A stretch of DNA of 64,000 nt, taken from Candidatus Latescibacterota bacterium. Lineage in GTDB: Bacteria; Latescibacterota; UBA2968; GCA-2709665. The notes below the pieces were generated by a model. That model was not told the origin of the DNA. It made no database searches and saw nothing but the letters and a program-made list of their open reading frames with translations. The translations under genes and the position numbers were made by a program. How positions within the stretch are numbered: position 1 is the stretch's first letter; the number at the start of each line of letters is the position of its first letter. Shown here piece after piece: positions 36,691 to 46,551 of the stretch. Where the stretch lies: positions 128,001 to 192,000 of the forward strand of contig CBDCOX010000002.1 of the NCBI GenBank assembly GCA_965219995.1, in the 5' to 3' direction.

Positions 36691-39111
36691 TCAGAACAAC
36701 AGTACCGAGACGGCCTTCTGGATCATGGCAATAGACACGGAGGCCATGCCCACCAGGGACATTCCCACCGAGAATCCGACGTACAACACGGCGGCATAGA
36801 GTCGCCACTGCTGTCTGCCGAAGCGCTTCCAGAAATAGTACCGCGCCAGGAGCGCGCCGATGATCTCCGTGACCATGATGTGGGGGATGTTGGTCAGACT
36901 CCGTATGTACCCGAAGATCAGCAGCACCGGCAGGCCCAGGACGGACAGAACCACGAACGAGACCAGGCCGACGGCGAGTCCGATGGCGATCACGACCGGC
37001 TTGATGGCCTCGAACAGGATCGGCTCGTCGTCCGAACTCTGCAGAAAGGAACCGTCGAAGGAGGGCACCTGGTCCACTTCGAACTGATAGACGAGGTCCC
37101 GCCCCTCAGGATCCCGTGCGGCGAGTACGACCAGGTTGGGGTTGGGGTTGTCCGCATGGCTTCCGTCATCGGGACTCCGCAACGCCGGCGCCGAAGGCAG
37201 GCCCAGCCGCAACGCTTCGGAAATGTCCGGCGCCGACCGGTCCACCGGAAGCGGCGGCACGAGCGGCTTTTCGGTGCTCTTGAAGTTCGTATAAAAATAC
37301 CCAACGCGGGACCACGGTCCGTAAGTGCGTTGTTCATGTTCTGCAATTTGCGCGTCGGCCGACGCTCGGGCACGCCAGTACCACCAGTTGCCGTCGGGCA
37401 GATTGCTCGGCTGGAAGGACACCGTTCCGGAGGACGGGTCGTGCTCGACCTCGCCCTGCATGGTGCCGGTGTACCAGACGCTGCTCTGGAGCGCCCGCAG
37501 CGGCCACATCATCTGGACGTAGGGGTAGGAGGAAGAGGGAATGGGCGCCAGCTTCCAGATATAGGACCAGTACATGAAACTGGTCAGAAGGATCAGCGGG
37601 ATCATGAAGATCTCCGCCTTCAGGATCCCCGTGAATTTCGAGCCTGTGAGTTCAATCTGACGGAAAGTTTCAGCCTGCGCGCCCCAGTTGGCCAGGGGAA
37701 ACGGCACAAACCAGATTTCGATCCCCTTGAACCCGCTCAGAAAGATCGTGGCTTCCCTGATATAGGGAATATTGACGTTCTGTCCGACCAGCCCGTCCAG
37801 CCGCGCGTTGACGAAGGAGATCAACGGCGTATAGATAAACGCGAAGACGAAAAAGAAGATGAGCAGCACGGTGCTCACGAGGTCAGGGAAGAGGACCTTG
37901 GCGAGGATTATAGTGTACAGGCTGGCAAGACTGAAGAGTACGACGCAGATCCAGATCCGGAAGTCTCCGCGACCGCGCGGCGGCGTCCAGCTTCCCTTTT
38001 CTTTTTTCTCCACCCGGGCGGTACGAACCCCGGTCCAGACCTGGTAGAATCCGATAATTGCGATGGCGAAGGTGATGCCGATCCCGAAGCTCATCCAGAA
38101 ATCGATGCCCGTGACGAAGTGGGTCATGATGGTATCCATGCCCATATACCAGTTCGGCATGTACCCGTAGGAATACAGGATGGGGCCCGCCGCGGTGTGG
38201 ATGGCGACGCCGATGAATGCGCCCATGACGGCCCAGAAGGGCGCCAGCAGCCCTGCAAAGATGGGGGCCAGGTGCAGCGTGAAGCCCAGCGGCGTGGCCG
38301 GCAGAAAATATCCCGTGTACTGGGTGAAATCCACCCACGGGATGGGGATGAGCTGAAGCGGCTGTTCCATGAACGCGCCGGAAATGGCGGGTACGGCCAC
38401 GTAGACCGACCCGAAAACGACGCCGATCACGGCCCCGATGCTGAATACCCGCCAGCGCCAACTGTACTGACCGCTGCTTTCTTCGGCAAGCGCCATGGCG
38501 CCCTGGGCATTGATGGGCGCGAACGGAAAGGGCAGGCGTTCGTAGTCGGACGTGATGCGGAAGAGCACGTAACTGGCCGTGAACCACTGGATACGCCCCA
38601 TGATCATTCCCAGGACGAGCAGGGAGATGGGGAGCAGCCAGTCCTGATGAAGGAAGGTGCGGTCGATCAGTGCGGGAGAGTCGGGAGGAGGCGCCCACCA
38701 GCGGGGAATGAGGTGGGAGATGCCGAACTGCTTGGCGGCCGGAGACTGAACGTAATATTGCTGCCATAGCAGGCCTTCGAACATCCCGGTTTCGCGGGCG
38801 ACCAGTGCGCTGGTGACGTAGTAGAGCAGGTAAAGTTCCTGCTTCTTAAGCACCGTGAACGAGCGCTTGGCCAGTTCCAGGAACAGAATGATCGTCACCC
38901 ACTGGGCCGCGGCGCCGACGGAATGTCCCACCATGAGTTCCAGGTAGATGTTGCCCGGAACCATAATGACGGAAACGAAGAGAGCACCGAGAATGGTCTT
39001 GGAGTTGAATCCCTCTTCGAATTCCTCGGGGACTTCGAGCAGATCCCGATATTCTTCGATTTCCTGGTAAGGATTGGTTTTCCGCCTGCGAATTCGATCG
39101 AGAAAGGCCAT
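36691..39111 (-). CDS. OPT-superfamily-like 'peptide transporter' with soluble FN3/Ig-like insertion
   Basis: Polytopic membrane protein with EEYRDLLEVPEEFEEGF, AAQWVTIILF, ERLPFPFAP, LAPIPSSSYPY; ~145-aa soluble insert. Confidence 0.7.
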   Translation of the reverse strand: MAFLDRIRRRKTNPYQEIEEYRDLLEVPEEFEEGFNSKTILGALFVSVIMVPGNIYLELMVGHSVGAAAQWVTIILFLELAKRSFTVLKKQELYLLYYVTSALVARETGMFEGLLWQQYYVQSPAAKQFGISHLIPRWWAPPPDSPALIDRTFLHQDWLLPISLLVLGMIMGRIQWFTASYVLFRITSDYERLPFPFAPINAQGAMALAEESSGQYSWRWRVFSIGAVIGVVFGSVYVAVPAISGAFMEQPLQLIPIPWVDFTQYTGYFLPATPLGFTLHLAPIFAGLLAPFWAVMGAFIGVAIHTAAGPILYSYGYMPNWYMGMDTIMTHFVTGIDFWMSFGIGITFAIAIIGFYQVWTGVRTARVEKKEKGSWTPPRGRGDFRIWICVVLFSLASLYTIILAKVLFPDLVSTVLLIFFFVFAFIYTPLISFVNARLDGLVGQNVNIPYIREATIFLSGFKGIEIWFVPFPLANWGAQAETFRQIELTGSKFTGILKAEIFMIPLILLTSFMYWSYIWKLAPIPSSSYPYVQMMWPLRALQSSVWYTGTMQGEVEHDPSSGTVSFQPSNLPDGNWWYWRARASADAQIAEHEQRTYGPWSRVGYFYTNFKSTEKPLVPPLPVDRSAPDISEALRLGLPSAPALRSPDDGSHADNPNPNLVVLAARDPEGRDLVYQFEVDQVPSFDGSFLQSSDDEPILFEAIKPVVIAIGLAVGLVSFVVLSVLGLPVLLIFGYIRSLTNIPHIMVTEIIGALLARYYFWKRFGRQQWRLYAAVLYVGFSVGMSLVGMASVSIAMIQKAVSVLLF

Positions 39112-39165
39112 AAAGGGTCAATACGATTTAAAGTTTAAGGGCCTGAAAAATACACACAAAGAGGA

Positions 39166-39194
39166 ATTATGCAAAGGCTATTTCCGCATTGCAA
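39166..39194 (-). promoter_or_regulatory. Internal sigma70-type promoter upstream of the OPT-like and BMC genes
   Basis: TTGCAA-17-CATAAT in an AT-rich intergenic gap. Confidence 0.55.
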
Positions 39195-39235
39195 TACCGG
39201 GAGAACGAAACGGTTCATCGGCGTCGCGTCGTCTT

Positions 39236-42200
39236 TCAGACCGGTTTCGAGTCCTGTTCGTCCGATACGAGTATCCGCAGGCCCTTCTCCCTGTACGCCG
39301 CCTTCTCGGCGGGGTCGACGGTCCTCCAGATGAGAAACTGTTTGCGCAGGGCGTTCATGAAGCCCTGGTTGACCCGTCGCCATGAGGCGACTTCCCCCGA
39401 ACGTCGCCTGAGGGTGAGCGTCAGTGTGTAGATGTCGAACTGGCCGGTGGGTTCCGCCTCGAAGCGCAACTCCTCGCTCACGCCCAGGTCGAAGGGCGCA
39501 AGCCACAGGGTCGTGCGGATCGCGTATCCCCTCTCGCCGTCGCTCCCCTTCCCGTACAGTTGGGCGCCGTCCGTATAAAACGCCCCCATCGCTTCGCCAC
39601 TGTGAGAGTCGAAGTAGTCTGTGAGAAATACACAGAGCCCGAATACATCGTTTCCACCGACGGTAAAGGGGAATTCGAAACGCCAGTCATCGCCGTCGGG
39701 CTCCGGAATTTTCCACCGGCGGGACACGTCCGGTACAGCCATCAGCGACGCCTGCCTGGCGGGATAGAGGGTGGACAGGATGACCACGGCCATGACCAGG
39801 GCGGACGAGGCAACCGCGGACCGGGCGGAGTAGTTGAGCGAGACGCCGGAGAGCAGGTCCTGCCAGAGCAGCAGCTTGGCAACGCCCTGGCCCATCAGAT
39901 AACCGCTTACCGTGCCGAGGACCGCATAGACGCAGGCTTCGGCGATAAAGAGAAAGGCGACGTGGACCGGCGCAAGGCCCACCGCGGAATAGACGCCGAT
40001 TTCCCGAAACCGTTCGTACACGGATCCCATCATTGTATTCAGCACGATGAGCGAAGCGATGAGGATAGGAATAAAGAGATGGCTCAACCCGCGACTCGAC
40101 GTGTCTCCGAGCGAGCTGAAAACCGAGACGTTGATGCGCCCTTCCGGATCCGGAAGGCCTGCAAAGAGCACGACCGACAGCCTGGAGAGGAGTTCCTTTA
40201 CATAGCTCTCCACGTCTGATCCGGCATCGAATCGGAGTGCGACCGACTGGAGCGGGCTGCCCACCTGACGCAGGAACCTGTACGGTACGATCAGGATATC
40301 GTCGGGGTTGATGTGCTCGAAGGGCATGATTTCGACTTCCGGCTGTTCCAGGCCCTGTTTCTCCCGCGTTTCCTGTGTGGTCATCTGTTCGATGGCTTCC
40401 TCGTCGGTAAGCTTGAAGTCAGCGGGACTGAGGGGTTCCTCGTCAAGGTCCTTGAGCTCGCTGAATGCCCCGGCGTCGATCAGTCCGATCACCGGCAGCG
40501 ATTCCCCGAACACCCGGACGCTGGACGCCTCCGGTCGCCCGGGGTCAACGCCGAGGAGTACCGCGATCTTTTCCGGCAGGATGCACGCGGATTCGCCCGG
40601 ACGGAACCACCGACCGGCCTTGAGGGTCCGGTGGACGCCGGTCACGTCCGGCTCCCGGGGCGTCATTCCCAGGACGCCGAGTACGTGTGCTGAGCCGTTT
40701 TCGGACTCCACGGGGATAATCTTCTTTTCCCGGGTATAGTACCAGCTTCTCGGTGCGGCTATTGCGGATTCTCCGAAGTGGGTGACGGCGTAATCGTAGA
40801 CCACGTCTTCCAGCGGGCCCCAGAACTTGCTCCGGATGAGCATTCCGGGGTACGGACCCTCCGTGCCTATGGGAATCCGGCGGAATTCGAGAGCCGACTT
40901 GATGGATGTGAACGACAGTACGGTAAACGTGAGGAGCAGGAGCGTGGTGAACGTAAGCACCGTGCGAAGTTTGCGGCGTTTCATGTTTGCGATGCCGAGT
41001 TGGAAGGCGGCCAGAGAGGCGGAGATTCGCCCGACGTCGGTCTCGTGCAGCAGGACGTCCGGGACCCGTAACCGGCGCATGGTTTCATTGAAACGATTGA
41101 ATACAAGGGAGATCACGAAGGCCGCCAGCGCCAGAATCACGAACGCGAGCAAAACCACCAGGGGGTTGGAGATTTCGAATGCCGGATGCACGTTTGAAAG
41201 AAAAAGCCAGATGAGCACAAAGATGCCGATAAATCCAGCGATCTGTCTTCGGATATCCACGGCGGTAATGATGAGGCGTTCGGTGAAGAACGCACACGGA
41301 ATGACCAGGGCCATGAAGAAGACGACGCCGCGTACCACGTCATTCTGCGTATCTTTGACGTCGGGATAGGCGCGCGATTCGATGCCGAGCGCCGCGCGGG
41401 TGTGCTTCATGAAGACGTCCCAGCGCTTTTCCGACATGGCGTCCTCTGCCCTGTGCAGGTGGTGGCGGGTGCGGCTGTGCAGCATGTTCAGACGCTGGTT
41501 CTCGATGGCGTATTTCTGCATCTCCTGCTTCCGTGCCTCGTTCAGCGTCCACATATCCCTTGCGGCCAGAAACGAGGTGCGCGCAAACGACCCGTGCGTC
41601 AGCGTGGGGTAACCCGTGCCCCGTGCGATTTCTTCATTCTCGGCGCTCTGTGCGTTCAGCAGCAGGAACCGGATGCCGATGTCGCCGGAGCCCGCGGCGA
41701 CGCCGCCGGCCCTCATGGCGACTTTGACCCTCTCTCCCGGACGCGTGAACAGGGTGCCCACGGGTTCAGTGGGGCCGAAGCCGATCGCGTAACCGTATTC
41801 CTGCGGCGTGACGTTGCCGCTGCCGTAGACGCTTATCTGGGAGAGCTTCGTCAGATAACGCGGATCGACGGTATCGTAAAAGTCGGTGGCGATGCACGGG
41901 AACAGAATGATATTTCGTTTCGAGATCCACCAGTCCATGTCGAAGTCGCCCCGATAGATACGCGCCTGCTGCCCGTAATTGGGGGCGTAGGTAATCTCTC
42001 CGGTCTCCGGATCCTGAAAGTAGGCGCTGACGGAGACGCGGCGTTCGGCAATCCCGGGCATGTAGAATTCACCGTTCTCGTCGGCCAGGTCGTAATAGAT
42101 GCGCCGGACGCCCTTGACCGATTTGTCGATGCCCATCCGGAGCGCGGCGATGGCCCCGGCCTTGGGCCGGTCCGGGACGATACTGCGCCTGGGAAAGGTA

Positions 42201-43771
42201 CGTACGAACCCCTTCAGGCCGCGCATGCGGTCATCGGGATTGAGTCGATAGTCGGGGATGAGCGTCGGGTCGTTCAGGGCAATGTCGAGTACGCCCGTAA
42301 TCAGGCGGACCTGTTTTGCGAGGTTTTCAAAGTTCATCCCGTCCGGTGTGTCCAGGGGCGTATCGACCCGGAAGCGTGCGTCGTTCAATGTGACCAGGGA
42401 CAGGGCGAGGGTGCCGGCTTCGAGGACGACTTCTCCGTCGGTCTTCAGGTTTGCGCCGGGGATGAACATATCCCAGGTCATTCCACCGGTGGGGTTGATG
42501 CCGTCCAGCAGCGCCTGGTTCGGATCGAGACCGAAAGCCGGTGCGATCGCCTGCGAGATGCGGACGAATTCCTTGCCGAACGGTGTGAAGAACCGGTTGT
42601 AGTAGAAGTTGCGCGTGCTGTTCCAGACACCGATCTGAGCGGTCTGGCTCGACAGGTCCAGGCCGATGAAGAGACGAATATCTATGGGGTCGGTCATCAG
42701 GGCGGCGAAGTGCCTTTCCTTTCTGGCGTGGCGGCCCAGAAAATCGCAGATGCCGCGAAAGCCCAGGTGGTGGGCCGAAGTGGCCAGAAAGAGTACCGTG
42801 CGCCCCGGGGGATATCGCTTGAAGTAGTTGACCAGTTCCAGAAGGGCGACGGCGCCGCCTGCCATCTCGGCGCCGGGGGCAAGCGCGGGGACGACGGACA
42901 TGGCGTCGTAGTACGCGTTGATCACGACGATCTGTTCCTTCAGGTCCGGATCCGTACCCGGAAGGAAACCCAGGATGTTGTGGGCGGTGTGTTTCTCCCA
43001 CTCCATTCTCGCCTTCAGTTCGATTTCAAGTTCGCCGCGACGTTCAAGCAGCGTCTTCAGAGCCTGTCCCGACTCTTTGTCGATCCAGAATCGTTCCACG
43101 CTGTTCGGCACTTGCAGAAATTTCTGCTCGGCTTCGGTATAGAACGTCGAATCGGGTTCAATGAAGATGATCTGCCCCGCCCCCAGGGTGGCCGCGTTCA
43201 GCCAGTTGTTCCGGGTGTTGAATTCCATGAGAACGGCCGCGCCTTCGAGCGCATGACCGTTGAAGTCGGCGAATTCCCCGGTTGCCCCGTAGATCAATCG
43301 CGTGCGGACCCCTTCCCGCGGCAGTGTGGAGGTCTTGACGAGGTTCGGCCAGATCGCGTGGATGGGAAGCGTGACATTGTCCCGCAAAAGCGTCAGGCTG
43401 CCGCCCAGGTCGACGGGCGAGGTGACGTCGAACGGCTCGGCGCGGACGTCCTGGAGACCGGCGTTTTCGAAACTTCGCCGGATGTACCCGGCGGCGGCCG
43501 CGTGTCCGGAGTAGCCGGGAACTCGTGACCGGTGCTCCGTAAAGCGCGCAACGTGCGCCCTCACGCCGGCGTCCGATACGGTATCGAGCACGCGAGCCGA
43601 AGTCGCGCTCGCTTCGGGAACAGACGCGGGGGGCGCGGAAGCGGGCACTTTCAGACCCAGCAGGGCGGCGAGGTAGGGGTTGACGCGGTCCGGTCCAACC
43701 GCCAGGCAGAAGAATGCGGCAGCGGTGAGCAAGAGCGTCAGGACGAGTCCGATGTTTCGGACGTTGTTCAT
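39236..43771 (-). CDS. FtsX/MacB-like ABC permease fused to PA and M28-peptidase-like periplasmic domains
   Basis: N-terminal SRVPGYSGH, HNILGFLPG, NAYYD; C-terminal ANMKRRKLRT, VYERFREIGVYSAVG, FIAEA (FtsX motifs). Start MNNVRN. Confidence 0.8.
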   Translation of the reverse strand: MNNVRNIGLVLTLLLTAAAFFCLAVGPDRVNPYLAALLGLKVPASAPPASVPEASATSARVLDTVSDAGVRAHVARFTEHRSRVPGYSGHAAAAGYIRRSFENAGLQDVRAEPFDVTSPVDLGGSLTLLRDNVTLPIHAIWPNLVKTSTLPREGVRTRLIYGATGEFADFNGHALEGAAVLMEFNTRNNWLNAATLGAGQIIFIEPDSTFYTEAEQKFLQVPNSVERFWIDKESGQALKTLLERRGELEIELKARMEWEKHTAHNILGFLPGTDPDLKEQIVVINAYYDAMSVVPALAPGAEMAGGAVALLELVNYFKRYPPGRTVLFLATSAHHLGFRGICDFLGRHARKERHFAALMTDPIDIRLFIGLDLSSQTAQIGVWNSTRNFYYNRFFTPFGKEFVRISQAIAPAFGLDPNQALLDGINPTGGMTWDMFIPGANLKTDGEVVLEAGTLALSLVTLNDARFRVDTPLDTPDGMNFENLAKQVRLITGVLDIALNDPTLIPDYRLNPDDRMRGLKGFVRTFPRRSIVPDRPKAGAIAALRMGIDKSVKGVRRIYYDLADENGEFYMPGIAERRVSVSAYFQDPETGEITYAPNYGQQARIYRGDFDMDWWISKRNIILFPCIATDFYDTVDPRYLTKLSQISVYGSGNVTPQEYGYAIGFGPTEPVGTLFTRPGERVKVAMRAGGVAAGSGDIGIRFLLLNAQSAENEEIARGTGYPTLTHGSFARTSFLAARDMWTLNEARKQEMQKYAIENQRLNMLHSRTRHHLHRAEDAMSEKRWDVFMKHTRAALGIESRAYPDVKDTQNDVVRGVVFFMALVIPCAFFTERLIITAVDIRRQIAGFIGIFVLIWLFLSNVHPAFEISNPLVVLLAFVILALAAFVISLVFNRFNETMRRLRVPDVLLHETDVGRISASLAAFQLGIANMKRRKLRTVLTFTTLLLLTFTVLSFTSIKSALEFRRIPIGTEGPYPGMLIRSKFWGPLEDVVYDYAVTHFGESAIAAPRSWYYTREKKIIPVESENGSAHVLGVLGMTPREPDVTGVHRTLKAGRWFRPGESACILPEKIAVLLGVDPGRPEASSVRVFGESLPVIGLIDAGAFSELKDLDEEPLSPADFKLTDEEAIEQMTTQETREKQGLEQPEVEIMPFEHINPDDILIVPYRFLRQVGSPLQSVALRFDAGSDVESYVKELLSRLSVVLFAGLPDPEGRINVSVFSSLGDTSSRGLSHLFIPILIASLIVLNTMMGSVYERFREIGVYSAVGLAPVHVAFLFIAEACVYAVLGTVSGYLMGQGVAKLLLWQDLLSGVSLNYSARSAVASSALVMAVVILSTLYPARQASLMAVPDVSRRWKIPEPDGDDWRFEFPFTVGGNDVFGLCVFLTDYFDSHSGEAMGAFYTDGAQLYGKGSDGERGYAIRTTLWLAPFDLGVSEELRFEAEPTGQFDIYTLTLTLRRRSGEVASWRRVNQGFMNALRKQFLIWRTVDPAEKAAYREKGLRILVSDEQDSKPV

Positions 43772-43875
43772 AGGGAGTTCACGTCGGGATCTACCGAATC
43801 CCGGCATCCTGTCGGCGGCGGCGATTCAATCCGTACAACGGGCCCGATGAAGCGGGAACCGCCCGTCGCCGTCGT

Positions 43876-45882
43876 TCAGAAGCGATGAACGCTGTGGCCG
43901 CGTTCGGGGAACCAGACGACGTCGATGAACGCGGAGAGGGCTACGCCCAGTATGTAACCGGCGAGCAGGCCGATAAAAAGCGGGCGGGACTTTCGGTACA
44001 CGGAGGGCCCGCCCATTTTCAACATCACAAGTTTGACAAGCCAGGCCAGCATGATGGTCATGCTGGTTCGCCGTGCGAGATACGAACCGGAGATGGCCAG
44101 TCCGACCGGATGCAGCGGCCACCAGACGAAGCGATGCCGCATGAAGATCAGCAGAAGCGTGGCCAGGCCGCCCAGGCCGAAGAACACCATGTAGTCCGGA
44201 TGTTCCCGGTAAACTGGCAAATCGGGTTTTTTCGTAAGGTAGTTCTTGACGGACGTCGCGGTGCCTTCGAAATGTTTGGGGCCCGCCCGCACGATTTCCC
44301 AGGAGTTGAAATTGTAGGCGCCGTCCCGGTATCCCAGTTGGATCGTGAGCAGAACGCTCGCGACAAAACTGACCAGAAAGGCCAGTACAACGGCATACAT
44401 GAGACGCCGGCGGCCGCCTCGTACGCCCTCCGCAACGCGTCCGGCGTGTGCAAGTGCGGGCAGGAAGAGGCCTTTGAAGTGGGACGTGATTCTGGACGCG
44501 AACCGGAGGGCGACCCGCGTACCTTCGTTGACGTTCGATGACCCGATGAAAGGCGATACGAGACCCCACGGGCCCGCGGGCACATTGGTGTACGGCATGC
44601 CGGTCTCCGCGAGAATCTTGGCCAGGCCGACGTATGTGAAGATGACCGCCGGAAGGAGCAAGGCCGCGAGAAGCGGGTCGAAGCCGATGCGTGAAAGCCA
44701 GAGCCACATGAAAGCGAGACCCACGAGCATGGCCACAACCGCCGTACGGCAGGAGAGCGGTTCGTCACGGTCGTCCATCGGATGGTCCCTGTTCCAGGCC
44801 TTGCGGAATACATCCCTGATGTGGCGTCTGGCAACCCAGAAAACAGAAGCGGCCAGCATGGCAAAAGCGCCCTTGGTCTGCCAGTAGTAGACCCCACGGT
44901 AATAGTATGGCGATATGGCCGTAAACCCCCGGCGGTGCAGCCAGCCGCCTTCGACGATGAACAGCAGGTCGAAGAACCATATACTGAACAAAACGTCCAG
45001 GCTGGCGAAATATGAGAAAAAGATAGTAAACAGACCCAGGAATCCAAAGGCAGGCGGATGTTGACGGTCGATCCAGTACCACCTGCCGCGATAGACCGGA
45101 AACCGCGGAAAGCCGGGCAGGAAATAATTGATGCAGTTCCAGGCGATCATCCCGAAAGCCAGACCGAAGCCGATCCAGAACAGGTAATTCTTCGTGAAAT
45201 CGGGCAGCGCGAATCTGCCGCTGCCGGGTTCTTCCGCCATGTGAATCAGCGGCGCCATGGCCGGAAAGGCCAGTCGTTCGTTCTGCACCCATTGTCTGCG
45301 AAATACGACGGCGACACAGGCCAGGACCACGAATGCCGCCATGATAAACGTCGTCCACCAGAGCAGGGGCAGCAGCCACGCGTCCCATGGGATCTGCGCG
45401 CCTTTGGGTGCGCCCTCGAAAAACCAGGTGACCGCCTTGTTTTCGTCGGACGGGATCAGCCACGGATTGATGTACGGATGCAGGTAGGTGTTCCATTCGT
45501 TGACTTCGGTTGCAAAATAGTACGGGGTCGCAATATATCCGAGCAGATATCCGCTCAGGCCGAAACCCGGTACGGCCGCGCCGACGATGCCCATGGCCAG
45601 AATGGTGTGCCACTCCGGCGATGAAAGCTTCCACGGGGAGAATCGTGCGATCAATGCGCCGATGACGATCATCAGCACATACACAATGAGCATGGCCATC
45701 GGGACATGGCTGTAGGTCATCAACGAGCCATGTACCACGTACCTGAGGTGGATCGCCAGGGCGTCCAGGCCCACGACCAGAACCAGTCCCGAAAGCACGG
45801 ATCGGACGGTAACGCCGCGGGTTGGTTCGGCGGACGCCGCAGTTGTCTCAAAGGTGTCGGCTGTAGTTTCCGGATTGGCCAT
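43876..45882 (-). CDS. DUF6785/DUF6784-like polytopic membrane protein (OPT-related)
   Basis: RRQWVQNERLAFP, SLDVLFSIWFF, AETG, WWPLHPVG, PLFIGLLAG. Confidence 0.75.
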   Translation of the reverse strand: MANPETTADTFETTAASAEPTRGVTVRSVLSGLVLVVGLDALAIHLRYVVHGSLMTYSHVPMAMLIVYVLMIVIGALIARFSPWKLSSPEWHTILAMGIVGAAVPGFGLSGYLLGYIATPYYFATEVNEWNTYLHPYINPWLIPSDENKAVTWFFEGAPKGAQIPWDAWLLPLLWWTTFIMAAFVVLACVAVVFRRQWVQNERLAFPAMAPLIHMAEEPGSGRFALPDFTKNYLFWIGFGLAFGMIAWNCINYFLPGFPRFPVYRGRWYWIDRQHPPAFGFLGLFTIFFSYFASLDVLFSIWFFDLLFIVEGGWLHRRGFTAISPYYYRGVYYWQTKGAFAMLAASVFWVARRHIRDVFRKAWNRDHPMDDRDEPLSCRTAVVAMLVGLAFMWLWLSRIGFDPLLAALLLPAVIFTYVGLAKILAETGMPYTNVPAGPWGLVSPFIGSSNVNEGTRVALRFASRITSHFKGLFLPALAHAGRVAEGVRGGRRRLMYAVVLAFLVSFVASVLLTIQLGYRDGAYNFNSWEIVRAGPKHFEGTATSVKNYLTKKPDLPVYREHPDYMVFFGLGGLATLLLIFMRHRFVWWPLHPVGLAISGSYLARRTSMTIMLAWLVKLVMLKMGGPSVYRKSRPLFIGLLAGYILGVALSAFIDVVWFPERGHSVHRF

Positions 45883-46056
45883 GGTTCGGCCTCGGGAATC
45901 GGAGGGTGGGCGATTTCAACGGGACGTGGCGTTCCGGCCGCGTGTACGGATTCGACCGGTACGCGAGGCCTGACGGAATGGTACGCCGATTCATCGTTAC
46001 CCGGATTCGCGGATCCGGCGCGCCGCTTCTGTACGCCTCGAGCAATTGCAACTGTC

Positions 46057-46085
46057 TTGACAACCCGGGGTCGTTTTGTTAGATT
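46057..46085 (+). promoter_or_regulatory. tRNA-Phe promoter
   Basis: TTGACA-17-TAGATT followed by GC-rich discriminator. Confidence 0.7.
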
Positions 46086-46133
46086 TGCGCGTTTGTCGTT
46101 CAGCTGGAAAGACGCGATCTTCCGTGTTTCGGG

Positions 46134-46209
<76 letters not shown>

Positions 46210-46240
46210 TTTTTTCTGCGGGATTACCCCGAGGTCGACA

Positions 46241-46420
46241 ATGGCCGTTCCCGAAATCATCGTGAACCGCGACCGGTTGATTGAACTGGTGCAGAAAGGC
46301 CGTACGCCCGAGCAGATTGCCGAAATGTTCCGCGTCGACGCCGCCGTTATTCGGGAGATGATCCGCCGACTGGTGCAGAACGGGTATTACGACCTGCTTC
46401 ATGGATCACAAGCGCGTTAG
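46241..46420 (+). CDS. Small HTH-like protein (59 aa)
   Basis: MAVPEIIVNRDRLIELVQKGRTPEQIAEMFRVDAAVIREMIRRL; GAGG SD upstream. Confidence 0.65.
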   Translation: MAVPEIIVNRDRLIELVQKGRTPEQIAEMFRVDAAVIREMIRRLVQNGYYDLLHGSQAR

Positions 46421-46495
46421 CAGTCCGTGATTCCTGTTGCGGAACGGCGCGCGAACCGGACTGCTGTGGAAACGCCTGAAGTCTCCGGAATATAC

Positions 46496-46537
46496 GAAAA
46501 GGCGTTCGTCGTTCAAGACGGACGCCTCGTTTTTTCG
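46496..46537. terminator. Probable bidirectional terminator
   Basis: AGGCGTTCGTC/GACGGACGCCT stem flanked by A and T tracts between convergent genes. Confidence 0.65.
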
Positions 46538-46551
46538 TACGCTGCCTTCTG

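Noticed and set aside
36598-38769. 723-aa plus-strand ORF, and similar long ORFs at 41402..43528, 33590..35437, 11574..13391, 53005..54786 and 411..1703
   Set aside because: Antisense or off-frame shadows of well-supported genes, with no recognisable motifs; expected in GC-rich DNA.
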